From Felis catus (lineage: Eukaryota): a DNA stretch of 64,000 nucleotides. The position numbers and the translations under genes are program-made. A model generated the notes under the pieces. The model saw nothing but the letters and a program-made list of their open reading frames with translations, searched no databases and was not told the origin of the DNA. The stretch is taken from positions 151,344,001 to 151,408,000 of the forward strand of contig NC_058368.1 in NCBI RefSeq assembly GCF_018350175.1, in the 5' to 3' direction. Below, piece after piece: positions 10,230 to 23,180 of this stretch (position 1 is the first letter of the stretch; the number at the start of each line of letters is the position of its first letter).

Positions 10230-10600
10230 TTACTTAACGCCTTTTTAGTTGTAATAACAGAGATCCACATCAACCTAGCTTAATTAAAACAGGAAAATTT
10301 ATTGTAAGGAGACTTCACATAACGCAAGGGCAGGAAATGCAATAACTGGGGCTCATGATAGGCTGTAACTAGGAGTCCAGATAGTAGTTCTCACTCTTTC
10401 TCTCTCTTCTCAAGGCCTAGTTCTCTGGTTCTGGATGCTTCAGTCTTCTCTGTGCCTCGACTGCCCCAAAGCTCCCAAATTTACATGTCCTCTATTTAGC
10501 AAAGCAGACCTCAGAACAGATTTGCAGGAAAGAAAATCAATCAGATTGACTTTGGCTTAGGATAGGTGTTGACCCCTAGCTATATAGAAGATGGGGTCTC
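10230..10600 (-). mobile_element. Old MaLR (MLT1-type) LTR fragment
   Basis: ttttagttgtaataacagagatccacatcaacctagcttaattaaaacaggaaaatttattg resembles the MLT1 antisense terminus. Confidence 0.5.
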
Positions 10601-10869
10601 ACATACAAATATAGTTGCCACGCTTTCATCTTCAAGGGAAGCAGGGGAATGTTGACTTCAGAGAAGAGGAGGTGTAATAAGAGGCCAAGCTTCCAAAGGT
10701 AACCCATTAAAAATATAATCAATTCAATTCACTTAAAGGTACGCACAGATATAGCCTATACTTTTTCTGTAACTATAATGTGCTCACTGAAACTTGACTG
10801 TGTAAGACAGTTTAAATGGCAACAATATATTTTAGGAAATTTAGTGCAGGGAACTAACATATATTGGGG

Positions 10870-11050
10870 AAAGACCAAAGATTTTAGGGAATGACAGATT
10901 TGGGTTCCATTTTTGCCCCATATTTCATAAGGGAGCTGAAGGTAATTATTCCACCTCCACAATCTCAGTTTGCATACCTATGAATTGGGGACAATGATAC
11001 CTACATCACAGGGGTCCTGGTAATTAACAATTGTATATTGCAATGGCAAG
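10870..11050 (+). mobile_element. MIR SINE
   Basis: gacagatttgggttcc...tctcagtttgcatacctatgaattggggacaatgatacctacatcacaggg MIR core. Confidence 0.7.
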
Positions 11051-11240
11051 AGCAGTGTATAATTTAAGGCAAAAGTCAATAAATGGAGCTGTCATTACTC
11101 TCTTTATGTTTAGTGATTTTCAGTCATAATCTCAGCACTTTAAAGTCGAATGAAGTACCTATATGTTGTTGGATCAAAAGAGGCTACTTTGAAGCAGCCC
11201 CTGAAAAATTTGAAAACAGAGAAATGAATGTTTTTTTCTT

Positions 11241-11462
11241 TTTTTTTAATTTTTTTTTTCAACATTTATTTATTTTTGGGACAGAGAGAGACAGAGCATG
11301 AACGGGGGAGGGGCAGAGAGAGAGGGAGACACAGAATCAGAAACAGGCTCCAGGCTCTGAGCCATCAGCCCAGAGCCTGACGCGGGACTCGAACTCACGG
11401 ACCGCGAGATCGTGACCTGGCTGAAGTCGGACGCTTAACCGACTGCGCCACCCAGGCGCCCC
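11241..11462 (-). mobile_element. Very young feline Can-SINE (SINEC_Fc type)
   Basis: Full-length tRNA head, (CT)n and A-tail; CpGs intact; perfect 17-bp TSD ATGAATGTTTTTTTCTT at 11224-11240 and 11463-11479. Confidence 0.97.
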
Positions 11463-12659
11463 ATGAATGTTTTTTTCTTAAGATTAAACTATAAAAGCAA
11501 CTCAAAATGAAACAGAGACATGTATGTAAAGTCAGTTTAAAGTAGTCTTTCCCAAATTGTTTGTATTACTCCTTCTGCAAAATGGCCCTATCTGCAGGAT
11601 ACCGAAAATGTTAATGTTTTTTCCTTAAATTACTTTATATCGATTGACCATTTAAAATTATTTAACCTCATCTTTGTAATACTATTATTGAAATTAGGAT
11701 TTGACATATTTGTTATATATATAGTTTTTCAAATGGTCAATATCATAAATATATAACTATTCGTAGAAAAAAGTGTTCTTTTTACCATGTAAAACGAACT
11801 TGTTGGAAATCCTGACTTCACAAAACAAAATGACTCCAGAGCCTATAAAACAGACCAAAATCTGAATGAAGACCTTATCATATTTAAAGAAAGAAATATT
11901 TCACTTGACAACAGGGAGTTGATGAGCCTGAGGACAGAGCAGAAGTGAGACACCTCAGTTAATGTCAGCTGGTGGCCTCAGCACTCAGTGGGTGCGGGAT
12001 GTGTTTCCAGGCCCAAGTGATCAGCAGATACTTTGACTGATATCAGGCTGTCAGAGAAAGCCCCTTAACTTCCATGTGCTTCCATTTATTCATTGGTAAA
12101 ATAGGATTATAATAATCAAAGTATTGACATGAAAAACATTAAAATAACATCCTCAATAAAAGAGTTGTTTCTTTTTTTCATCAAAAAAAAAATCTCCTGA
12201 CTCATACTCTGATCTATGTTTGGTAGTCAGCATGACGTACTAGGCTTCTTGAGCTATTTTTCTTCTGGAAAATTAAACAAATTAGCAAGGAGGCCTTACA
12301 TGTCCACCTTATGAGCTTTGTTAGACAGCAAACAACAGTCTTAGTAACTTTAATCGACTCTGATAGTTGATTAACCTTCAAGTCCTAGGGAGGACCCTGC
12401 TCAATTGTAAATTCACCCAAGATAAATTCTATATTGATGTGGACTCCTGGGGGCTAATTGTTTTTCTGTAAGTATAAGGCTGCAAATGCTTCCAACTCTT
12501 GTGCTGTATAGTACATTAAACAACTATTTACTGAAATTCAGCTAGAAATAAGACGTTACCAATAAGGAAAATACAATAAAGAGATACCTGGATCTAACAC
12601 TTTATCATCTAAGAGATTCACAAGTACATGTGTGAATGGATTTTTTTTAATATGTATGA

Positions 12660-12965
12660 GTACTTCTGCATATATTACTTCACAACAATTCTGTGTTACA
12701 GTTGAAGAAATGAGTTGCAGAAATTAAAATGACTGGCTGAAAGGCTAAAATGAATGTTTAATAGCAGAACTAAGATTAGAGTTCAAAGTCTGGGATTCTT
12801 GACACGGGTAGGTTTAAACCATAGGAACATCTCTAACAATACAGATGCTGGGTCTCTCCCATAGATATTCTGATTCAGCAATTCCAGGCATGGACTCAAG
12901 ACTCTGCATTTTAGTAAAATTCCAGGTGATTCTGATACAGATCTTCTGCTTTAATAAGCACTGGA
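12660..12965. mobile_element. MIR fragment followed by MER5-type hAT element
   Basis: MIR-like 12660-12800; aatacagatgctgggtctctccc...attctgattcag...tctgcatttt...ccaggtgattctgat...aagcactg is MER5A/B-like. Confidence 0.65.
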
Positions 12966-14237
12966 TTGGATCATGCTATGTTTCCAAGTGACTTGAGCGC
13001 AATTTCAAACCAACACACCGAGGTGTTTAAAATGCTGAAGTACTGAAGCGTGCCGGGATTCAGGGGGTAAGGTTGCGGGCTGGGGAAGGGTTGAGATCCT
13101 TGTGCAGGCTGGTACAGGCTGGGCACACAGAGGAGACATTTAGGTTAACTGGGGTTACTTCAATGACTTGGACAATGTCTGCTGATTACTACTGTCAGCT
13201 CACACAAGAAATCCCAGGAACATTTGCCCTAGAATCCTTCTTATCCCCCCCCCCCCCTTTTTTTAAATAAAAACTGGACTCAAAATGTCTTAAATTAGGA
13301 AAGAATTCAGCATCAAATGTTTCTTTTTTGCCCTTATATGGATTTTTCTGAAAGCTCTGTCTAAAATACCATGTTCTTTCTATGTCGTATTTATTGTGAA
13401 CAAAGGCAACAGGATTCTGCCCTTGGATGGCTTTCAGGGGAAGAGACAGAACAAAACAACAAAACACTTTATGTTTCTTTTCAACGGCACAGATTTTTAT
13501 CATGTTAGGGTCAGGGTTGAGTTCAAAATGTTGCTCATTTGGGAGTGAAGAATTTCTGTTTCTCAGATGATATGAAAAATCATAGAGTCAACAAAGTAGA
13601 GGAAAACACAGCTACTTTGCAATGATTGTAAATTGAAAAACTGTACAGATTACATTATATTTGAGTGGAAATTTAAGCATGAATACTTATCTTTAATTCA
13701 TCTCTAAACCCCAAAGTAGAGCCCTATGACTCTGGCAGGCCGGATTTGTTTGGAAGCCTGGCTTTCAACATAGACATCTCTGTTTACTGGGAGCCAGTAT
13801 GGGATTCCCCCTCAGGGATATGGAAAGTGGCAGGAAGTGACCTTTCAAATGGGCCATTGTCTAAGGAAATGTTCCAATCATCTTTCCCTAAGCCTAGTTG
13901 GATTCACATAATCAACACATTTGTGCAGGAAGGAGGGAGCCCCAGTCAGGGCCAGTCTCCAAATAGCCCATCCTCATTGGTTATTCCCATTTGCCTAGCA
14001 TTTGTCTAACTTGGGGAAATCTCTGTGATTCAGCACTTACATGAATGGTTATTCCTGTTCCCCAAATCGGTCACCAAATTTGTAGCATACCTGCAAGGTG
14101 GGGACATTTGCCATCTACGGCCTGTGCCATCTCTTCCTGTATTCCTCAATTTTGATAAACACATGTTTTTTTCTTCTAGGTAAAGTTATGTTTTTGGAGG
14201 ATATACATCATTCTTACAAGTTTAAAATGGTTTTTAC

Positions 14238-14442
14238 TTTATTTTATTTTTTAAATTTGTTTTTGGACAGAGAGAGTGTGAGTGAACAGAGGAGAGGGGC
14301 AGAGGGAGGGAGAGGGAATCTTAAACAGACTCCACACTCAGCACAGAGCCTGATGCAGGCCTCAATCCCATGACCCTGGCATTATGACCCGAGCTGAAAT
14401 CAAGAGTCGAGCATTCAACTGACTGAGCCACACAGGCACCCT
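14238..14442 (-). mobile_element. Can-SINE (older subfamily)
   Basis: Antisense head ...gactgagccacacaggcaccc, GA-rich tract, T tail; degenerate TSD aaatggttttta / aaatagttttta. Confidence 0.92.
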
Positions 14443-14459
14443 GAAATAGTTTTTATTTT

Positions 14460-14651
14460 TATTTTTTAATTTCATTTTTTATTCAGTTTTTAATTTTAAT
14501 TCCAGTATAGTCAACATACAGTGTTATATTAGTTTAATGTGTATAATAGTTATCCAACAATTCTATACATCATTACTCAGTACCGATCGTAAGTGTGCTC
14601 ATTTTAATACCCTCACTTATTTCACCCATTCCTCCACCCACCTCCCCTCTG
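14460..14651 (-). mobile_element. Carnivore L1 3' end fragment
   Basis: ttccagtatagtcaacatacagtgttatattagtt...ttcacccattcctccacccacctcccctctg is the antisense L1_Carn-type 3' UTR. Confidence 0.8.
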
Positions 14652-14719
14652 ATGCTTTATTTTAAACAATGCCCTCAGTTAAAGTTATTTTGTTTTTCAA
14701 CATAACATTTTTTACTTGA

Positions 14720-15040
14720 AGCATACTTCAAAATACCTGGTTCTAAAAGATATATATAAAGCATTCCATCCAAGAAAAATAGAATATACTTTCCTTTAAG
14801 TACACACAGAAGAATCCCCTGGTTAGATAACATAAAAGGACACAGAACAAATACTACAAAGTTAAGAAGACTAATATCATGCAAGTATATTTTCCAACCA
14901 CAATGGTATAAAGCTAAAGGTCGACAATAAAACAAATTTGGAAAATCTGCAATGTAAATATTAAATATTTAAAGTAAATATTAAACAACACACTACTGCA
15001 CAGCAACGGGCCAAATTTGAAATCAAATGGCAAATAAAAA
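14720..15040 (+). mobile_element. L1 ORF2 fragment (endonuclease C-terminal region)
   Basis: gatatatataaagcattccatccaag...agaatatactttc...ttagataacata...ggacac...ccaaccacaatggtataaagcta...ttaaacaacacacta corresponds to DIYRTFHP..EYTF..IDH..GHK..SDHNG.KL..LNNTL. Confidence 0.85.
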
Positions 15041-15044
15041 ATGT

Positions 15045-15086
15045 CTCTATGGCCATAGCACCCTGAATGTGCCAAATCTTGTCTGA
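15045..15086 (+). pseudogene. 3'-truncated 5S rRNA retropseudogene fragment (~42 nt)
   Basis: ctctatggccatagcaccctgaatgtgccaaatcttgtctga vs 5S 5' end GTCTACGGCCATACCACCCTGAACGCGCCCGATCTCGTCTGA; about half of the differences are CpG transitions. Confidence 0.85.
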
Positions 15087-15689
15087 AATCGTTTTTAGTT
15101 CAGAGTTTTATATATAGTGGACCCTCAATAAATTAACAAATACATTTGCAGTGTGAGTGATTATAATTAGTGTCTTCCTTTTTCCTCAGCCCTATCCTCC
15201 AGGGGGCCTTTTAAAAAACTTGTCCTTAAAATAAGACCTGGCACCAGCCTTGTGTCTTTACATCTGGTATAACTGCCATGATGTACCTTATACACATGGT
15301 CACCTATCACAAGAAGGAGAGACAGAAGTGAGTGAACTAAGAAAGGGCCAGAGCTGCTGGTCAAAATTATGAAGAAGGCAAGATTCATTTTCAATGTCTT
15401 CTCACACCTCTGCCCAAGGTCATTGGGGGTCTCTGGGGGTCTCTGCTTTACCAGGGTAAAGCTTTACTGTGTTTACCAAAATACTTACCAATGTTAGGAA
15501 TGTACCTCATCCAAGTTTTTACTTATCTGTCATTTGTCAAAACTTACCTGTATTGTATTTCAAATGCCCTCTTATCTTGCTATCTGCTAGGTTACAGTGC
15601 TGGGCAATGGATGAATGAAATAAATGAATCTTTGCTAATGTAAGAACTAGCCAATGTGGTACCCTTCACAAGAATCAAAATGCCTTAAC

Positions 15690-16789
15690 TACTTCACATC
15701 ATATGCCAAAAGGGAAATGCAAATGAAAACAAGAATGCGATAACATACTAGAACGGTCAAAATCCAGAACACTGACAACACCAAATGCTGGTGAGGATGT
15801 GGAGAAGTAGGAACTCTCATTTGTTGTCGGTGGGGAAGCAAGTTGGTATAGTCACTTTGGAAGACAAGTTCCCACTTTCTTACAAAACTAAACATACTCT
15901 TACTATATGATCTAGCAATTGTGCTGCTTGGTAATGTACCCCAAAGAGCTAAATACTTGCATTGATACAAAACCCTGCACATTGGGGTGCCTGTGTGGCT
16001 CAATTGGTTAAGCATCTGACTCTTCATTTCAGTTCAAGTCATGATCTCAGGGTTGTGGGATCAAGCCCTGCATTGGGCTCTGTGCTGAGCACGGAACTTG
16101 CTTAAGATTCTGTCTCTCCCTCTCACTCTCCCCCTACCTCTTACGCTCTCTCTCACTCAAAAGAAACAAAAACTGCACATTAATGATAATAGCAGCTTTA
16201 TTCATAATTGCCAAAACCTGGAAACAACTGAAGTGTTCTTGAGTAGGTAAATAAACTGTGGTACATCCAGACAATGGGATATTATTTAGCCTGAAAAGAA
16301 ATGAGCTACCAAGCTTATTCCAATGGAGGGACATTAAATGCATATTACTAAGTGAAAGAAGACATTCTGAAGAAGCTATATACTATATGACTCAAACTCT
16401 GTGACGTTCTGGAAAAAAGTATAACTGTTGAGACAGTAAAAAGATCAGTGGTTGTCAGGGGCTAGTGGGGAGGCAATAGGGAGAGCACAGAAGAATTTTA
16501 GGGCATTGAAACTACCTTGTATGTGACTATAATGGTGGATACATGTCATTATACATTTGTCCAAACCCATAGAATGTAGAGCTTCAAGAGTGAATCCTAA
16601 CGTAAGCTATGGACTTTGGGTGATTATGATGTGGCAGTGTGGGTTCATCAGTTGTATCAAATGTGCCACACTAGTGGAGGATATTGATAATGGGGGAGGC
16701 AGGGATTACATAGGAAACCTCAGTACCCTTTGTTGCATATTGCTGTAAACCCAAAACTGCTCTAAAAAAAATAAAATCTATTAAAAAAT
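15690..16789 (+). mobile_element. Old L1 (L1MC-like) ORF2 end and 3' UTR, interrupted by a SINE
   Basis: gggaaatgcaaatgaaaac...actgacaacaccaaatgctggtgaggatgtggag...ccaaacccatagaatgta...ctatggactttgggtgat...aataaa. Confidence 0.88.
15984..16167 (+). mobile_element. Can-SINE inserted in L1
   Basis: ggggtgcctgtgtggctcaattggttaagcatctgactc head, CT tract; TSD ctgcacatt on both sides. Confidence 0.93.
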
Positions 16790-17401
16790 ACCGTCAGCTT
16801 AAAGGCTCTTTAGAAGTCATGCTAAGTATATTGATTTGTTCCTACATTCTCTTAAATGTATTCCTTTCTTTTCTGTTTGCAGTGGTTGCTGTCTGGGGTT
16901 TGGCAAAATCCTCCAAATTGGTTTTCCTGACCTCCCTCTCGGCAGCCCATCCTATGATCTGTTGCCAAGTTGATCTTCTAAAACATCTCTTTTATCATGT
17001 CACTCTTTGGCTGAAATTGCCCTCCTTGACCTCCATTGTTTACATTGCCTGGATGGCAGACGTAAACACATAAGTCACCTTTTTCTCCTTCCTCATGTCA
17101 GACATTAATAATCAATCATGCTTTGTTTCCCTAAGAGCCAGTGGCCTCAGAATCCTCAACACAGAGTTCTAATGAACCACTGTCAATTGCTAGGAGATGA
17201 TTTTGACGAAACTTCTTTGTCACACTTGGACTACAACAAGAAATCCAGAGTGAAAGCCCATACCCAGTGAAGTTAATATAAGCTGATCCCACTCTGTCTT
17301 CCAGTGGATGTAGATTTGAAATATTTCTACTCTGCTTCAGCAAAATTCAGAACCTGACTGTTAAATGTGCTCTATTATGTTCAGACTCTGGGCCACTGTT
17401 T

Positions 17402-17624
17402 TTTCTTTTTTTAATTTTTAAAAAATATTTATTTATTTTTGGAGGAGAGAGAGAAAGAGTGTGAGTCAGGGAGGGGCAGAGACAGTGGGAGACACAGAAT
17501 CCAAAACAGGTTCCAGGCTCTGAGCCGTCATCACAGAGCCTGATGCAGGGCTCAAACTCATGAGTCTTGAGATCATGACCTGAGCCGAAGTCAGATGCTT
17601 AACTGACTAGCCAGCCAGGCACCA
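17402..17624 (-). mobile_element. Feline Can-SINE
   Basis: 15-bp TSD TCTGGGCCACTGTTT at 17387-17401 and 17625-17639. Confidence 0.95.
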
Positions 17625-19452
17625 TCTGGGCCACTGTTTCTGGGATTGGATTGGTATTTTATCAGTAGAAATATGAAGTAATGGCAACTGACTGATGGCA
17701 TATAATAGAGGAAGGAAGAGAGGGTCTTGGAGGCTGCATTATGGTAGTTCTGAGGAAAATAAGGAGAAAGGACTCAAAGCCTTCTAGAATAGGCTATCAA
17801 AGGGGAAAAAGGAAGAAGGAAAGATGGATAGCCTGTTGTAGTTGAGAACACACTGAAGAGAGAGCATAATGAGAAAATGGGTGATGTGAAATCACCTTTC
17901 AGATAGCTTAACTGAAAAGAATGTAGTTCATACCGCATGTCTCCAACACTAATAAAACTGCTGTTCCCTAAACTGTTTGCTAAATGGCAATGGCTAAGAA
18001 GCCCGAGAGAACTGGGGAAAGATTGGTATCCATGAGCACTCCCTTTGGTGGGAGAGATCCTTCCAGTTTGAATCTTTAGGCATTTACATTTATGAGAGAA
18101 ACTTGAGTTGAACCAGCAGTTGTCAAATGAACGAGTGCTGGCATGAACTTCCCAGTTTTGTCTTATACCACAAAGCCCTCAAAAGTCCTCCTATATAGGA
18201 TTGGTCCTGGAAACAGATCTTACTGGAGAGGAAAAGGTGAGGACATGCTGCTTTTTCTCTGTGCCCCATAGTTTTAATTGAGCCTCAAGTGAATTTCCTT
18301 AGAAGTCAATGGCGGCTCCATGTCCCAGAAGGGACAGGGGAAGTGTGTGAAACAAGATGAGAGGTGGGACCATTATTCCCAGAACTCTTCTGACTTCTTT
18401 TTAGACCCTGGTCAAGGATAGAGCTGTTTGTTGTAATAAAATATCCAGTAGCAGGAAGTTGAAATGGAGGTTATACTAAAAAAAGACCCCCCAAACAAAA
18501 CAAAACAAAAACTCATGCTAATTTTAGCTCCATTCAAAACCTAGGGGGAAAAAATCAATGTTTACAAAATTAAGATTAATGGGCTGCCAAAATTCAACTC
18601 ATTAGTTAGCAACTATGTAGTGATGAAGTTTGTGCTGGTTGGATTTAAAGGAAATTAAAACTATCATTGGGAATGCCTGTCCCCTTAACATTTTGGCTTA
18701 ATGATTATGGACTTTTCTACTAAAAGTACTGGTAGCCAAGGAGTGGGTCTAAAAATCCCTAGCTAAGAATTTACCCACTTCACTTGACATGGAGAGGGTC
18801 TTGTCAGGATATGTTGAGTGCTGAAGATCATGGTTATTACAGCTTAAAAGCTTTTACAGATATTGATCCAGACATTAGAGTGACCCTCCTTGTGTAGATA
18901 AAACACTTGAAGGAAGTGTACCAGGAAAAGGCAAACACTGAGACTTCTTCCTTTTTGACAAATATGGAACTCTTTTCCTCCTTCCAGGAAGTACTGCGTT
19001 GAGATGAAAGCTATGGAAATCCTAGGATGGGTTTGAACTGGTTGTGTGTAAAGGTTTTGCCTTATACAATATCTGTGGGCATAAGGTGGACATATGGCAG
19101 GCTGGCCTAGGGGGATAATTGCAGAAAAGGATGATAGAACTGAGTGTGTTTATAATGCTAAGCTGAGGTAACACAGGCAGAAGTTTCTAGCACAATGTCT
19201 GGCACAAAATAAGGAGTAGAATGGTCATTTGGTATTTCTATTTTTATAGTCACATTTATTTATTTTAGTTCAACGTTTACGTTTAGAGTTGCTTTATTGC
19301 TTCATTGGGAAGTCTGAATTTAACCTTCTGACTAGTGATCAGTATATCAGAAAAATGATATTTTACTTCATGTAGGTCTTATAACCAGCATTGGCCTGTA
19401 AGAGTTCTCTGATTTCAGAAAACAGTGGTGAACATTGGTCTTTGAAAATTCC

Positions 19453-19688
19453 AGGGGCACCTGGGTGGCTCAGCCTGTTAAGCATCTGACTCTTGACTTC
19501 AGCTCTGGTCATGATCTCACAGTTCATGGGTTCGAGCACCACATCGGGCTCTGTGCTTTGAGTGAAGAGATTCTTAGCTTGGGATTCTCTCTCTCCCTCT
19601 CTCTCTCTCTGCCTCTCCCCTGATGACACTCACATGCTCTCTCTCTCTCTGTCTTTCAAAATAAATCAATAAACATTAAAAAAGAAAA
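19453..19688 (+). mobile_element. Feline Can-SINE
   Basis: ggggcacctgggtggctcag head; TSD GAAAATTCC at 19444-19452 and 19689-19697. Confidence 0.95.
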
Positions 19689-22452
19689 GAAAATTCCCTT
19701 AAGGTTCTATATGAAATGTAATTCTGGATTTCCTTGAGCCTGATTTCTCCATGTTATATGTGGAAAGAAGTTAGCAGTTATAGCAGTTGGTTTTCAAAGG
19801 AGCAAATGGAAGAGTACATTCTTTCACAGAAGCTTTATAGGTGGAAGGGGCCTTCAGAATCCTCTGAATGTAAGTGAGGCTTACTGTTCACGTGAAGAAA
19901 CTGTTTTCTCCAGAGTCACAAAACTAGTTAATGGCAGAGAAGGGATTAGAGGCCAGCTCTTTTGATTTCTGGGCCAATATTCCTTTTCCTCAGTAGAAGA
20001 TTAGAAACCTCTTATTTCTTGTCTAAGTCTTCTGAATAGCCAGCTGAGGCCATGTAAATTATATGCTGGATAAAACATAGGCTGACTTGAAAGGACACCT
20101 TTCCTTACAAGGTGGTGGGAGACAGGTCAGTGGGATTGAGTGTGTTTTTATTGTAGTCTTTCCATGCCCAGTTGCTGACTGTCACAGGCTAGCCCAGAAG
20201 GATGGGCAGGATTAAAGGATCTATAGCTAGTCCCTCCCGGGCCATCATATAACCACAGGTGTGGTTTTTCTTTTACTGTAGATCAGCTACCAAGAGACTG
20301 CTCTGAGTGGAAACAACATTCCCTTGAGGAGTTAGGGAAGGTGGGGAGGGCAGCTTAAGATTCCATGGAGTAATATGAGAATTCTCTGCAATAGTGGAGT
20401 CTGGCAATACTTCTGTCTTTGCCCATCCTTAGTCTGCTCTCAATTCTGAAAATGCTAAGTGAAGGATGCAAAAGAAAGACTATTCCTTACACTTACCCCT
20501 CAGTGTATGTTTGTGCCTGTTTGGGAGAAGAGAGAGCGATGCTAGGTTCGTGAAATTCCTACATATTAGTAGAGATTGGAGGGTTTAGCTAGGAGAAAGC
20601 GAAGAATACATCAATGGAATAGGGGAAAAGAATAAATAAGAACTAGAGCTAAAAATAATTTCAGGTTGCTAATCATTATAAAGCTGATTAATTTAAAAGA
20701 AGTTAAAAGTGCAGATAAGATCCTGGGTAGCTACCGCATCACAGAATCTTTGAGACCACAGTTTCCAGTCAGTAGATGTTACCAGAAGAGTTAATTAGCC
20801 CAAACTGTGGCTGCTAGTTCTTTAGCTGTCTTCAACTTGAAGGTTTTTTTTAATAAGTTTTAGAGCTAATTAGGATACACCTGGGACTCATGGCTAAAGC
20901 CAATAGAGTTTCCCCTGGGGGAGTTACTTTTTATATACCAAAATTTAAAAAAAGGAAAAATGTCAGATGAAAACATCATCTTTAGATTCAGGAAAAAAAA
21001 ATGGCATAACCATTTCAACTCAGCAGACCACAAGGCCAAACAAGCTTTGGCTAGAATTGAATGCTGTGTGCTTCTGTTCAGAGAAGAGGATGCTTCCCAG
21101 ATGTGTCTGGGGGACTACCTGCCTCACTCTTATTTATCATCAGCTCTCACACAGGATGTGGTGTCGCTGGCTGGCAATCTGGAAATGGCCTGTTTATTTT
21201 TACAGATCTGTAGAAGAGACTCAATAGTTGTAAAGGATGGAAGAGTGCAAAGCAGCTTGGAACTCACAACAAAGGAAACCGGGACGAAAAAAATTAGATA
21301 AAACAACTGTGACCATGGGATCTGCTCCTTGTGCCTGTCGAACAAAGGTGCTAAATGGATTTTCTCATGTCAAAGGAAAGCCAATTCTTCCTCCCAACCC
21401 TGCAGCCCATGATTGTAGAACATCCAGACACCATTTTTTTTTTTTTTTTTTTTTTTTAAGTTCAGGGAACCTTGGTATTCTTTTCAACACCAGGACTGGT
21501 TGGTTCCTTTATGAGTTTCGTAAAGAAAAGAAACCTCCCCCAGAGCTGCTTAGGCTGGTGATTCTCTGTCTCAACCAGGCCTTTCTGGATAATTTCCCTC
21601 ATGTTAAAACCCCGCAGCAGACTGGAGAAAGAGGATTCTCCAAATGCTTGGCTGGGATAGTGTTGCTGCTAAGTTCCTGCTTCTCCTGAAGTGTTATCCT
21701 GAGTGTAACAACTTTCTGTTCTCTCTCCTGAGAAGAGATATGCCTGAGGTGAGTCTAGTCCCTCCATGGAACCTCTTGTCTGCTGTCTCCAAGATGCAAA
21801 AGCTGATTTCCAATTGAATACTCTTGAGTACTTGCTTACTATCAATTAGTACTTTTGTCTAACAGTCAGATACTGAAGAAATGTGGAAGAAGTACTTTAT
21901 ATTTTTCGTATATTCAGGAAATGAACAAATAAGCCCAGTGTACAACACCCCGAGAAACAAAGAATGAAAAACACTGATGGGCGGAAAGAGCTGAGAATTG
22001 GGGCTTGTAAGTGACAGAGCTAGAATTAGAACTTGTAGTCACGAAGGACTAGGCAGTGTGAGACGGTGGTGTACTGTTGAAACACTTTGCCTTGTGCAAG
22101 CACATTGGGCTCATATATAGTTGACTTTCTCCAAGGGAGAGTTTGGGGAAGCCAGGGTATATTTATCAGCTCTATCTTTTCCTCACTTGCCTTCCTCTCC
22201 CCAGAACCAGGGATGTGGTTGCTCCCTGGCTCAAGGAATGCTTGCATATGGGGGACCACCCAGGCTACATGCCCGTGACCACTGCAGAGTCACCACGGCA
22301 GCAGAGAATGAGCTGGCTTTGAAGTTCAGGGATGGGAGGACCAGGGCTATTTCTGGTTTGGCATGAGGTAACTCACAATTTGTGTAACCCTGCCCCCAAT
22401 ATCTGCCAAGAGGGGACACTGTACTACATCGACTACATTAAAAAAGAAACAA

Positions 22453-22661
22453 GGGGTGCCTGGGTGGCTCAGTCGGTTAAGTGTCCGACTTCATCTCAGG
22501 TCACGATCTTGCGGTCCGTGAGTTTGAGCCCCGCGTCGGGCTCTGGGCTGATGGCTCAGAGCCTGGAGCCTGCTTCCGATTCTGTGTCTCCCTCTCTCTC
22601 TGCCCCTCCCCCGTTCATGCTCTGTCTCTCTCTGTCTCAAAAATAAATAAACAAACAAACA
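22453..22661 (+). mobile_element. Young feline Can-SINE (SINEC_Fc type)
   Basis: CpG-rich; TSD AAAAAAGAAACAA at 22440-22452 and 22662-22674. Confidence 0.96.
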
Positions 22662-22969
22662 AAAAAAGAAACAAAAACCTGCAAGTCAGAAGAAATAATC
22701 AATAGTGTGGGTGTGCAGCAATTTTGCTGTTGGTGGTGGCAGGTGGTGGCAGAGGGTGGGGAGTTCGTCGTTGACTGCATGTTTGTGAACATGAGACCTC
22801 TGTACCATCTGAAGGTGAGTGAATTATTTCATAGTCAGATGTCTCAGAAATGCTGGCCAGTCTTCATATGATGCAGCGACGTGAAGCTTTCCACGTTTCC
22901 AAAAGTGAGTCATGAAATCTGCCTCAAAGTATAGCTAAACAACAACACCCTGTGGATCTGTAGCAGTTT

Positions 22970-23180
22970 TAATGGAACTGACAGAGTCAAGTTTCCACCA
23001 TTTGCTAACTATGTAACTTTGGAAGAGTCCTAACCTCCCTGCCTCAAATCCTTTATCTTTAGCATGGAGCAAATGCTACCTACTTCAGCAGGTTCTTGTG
23101 AGGATTACATGACACATTGTGTGTAAAGCCCTAAACATGGTGACTAGGTAATACAACTAATCAAGAAATGCTGATTATTA
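22970..23180 (+). mobile_element. MIR SINE
   Basis: ttgctaactatgtaactttgg...gcctcaaatcctttatcttta...ctacctacttc...gtgaggattacatga...gtaaagccc. Confidence 0.75.

Noticed and set aside
20960..21689. Longest plus-strand ORFs (113 and 150 aa) as host exons
   Set aside because: No recognisable domain, one runs through a poly-T tract, and the first has a faint CR1-like remnant; consistent with chance.
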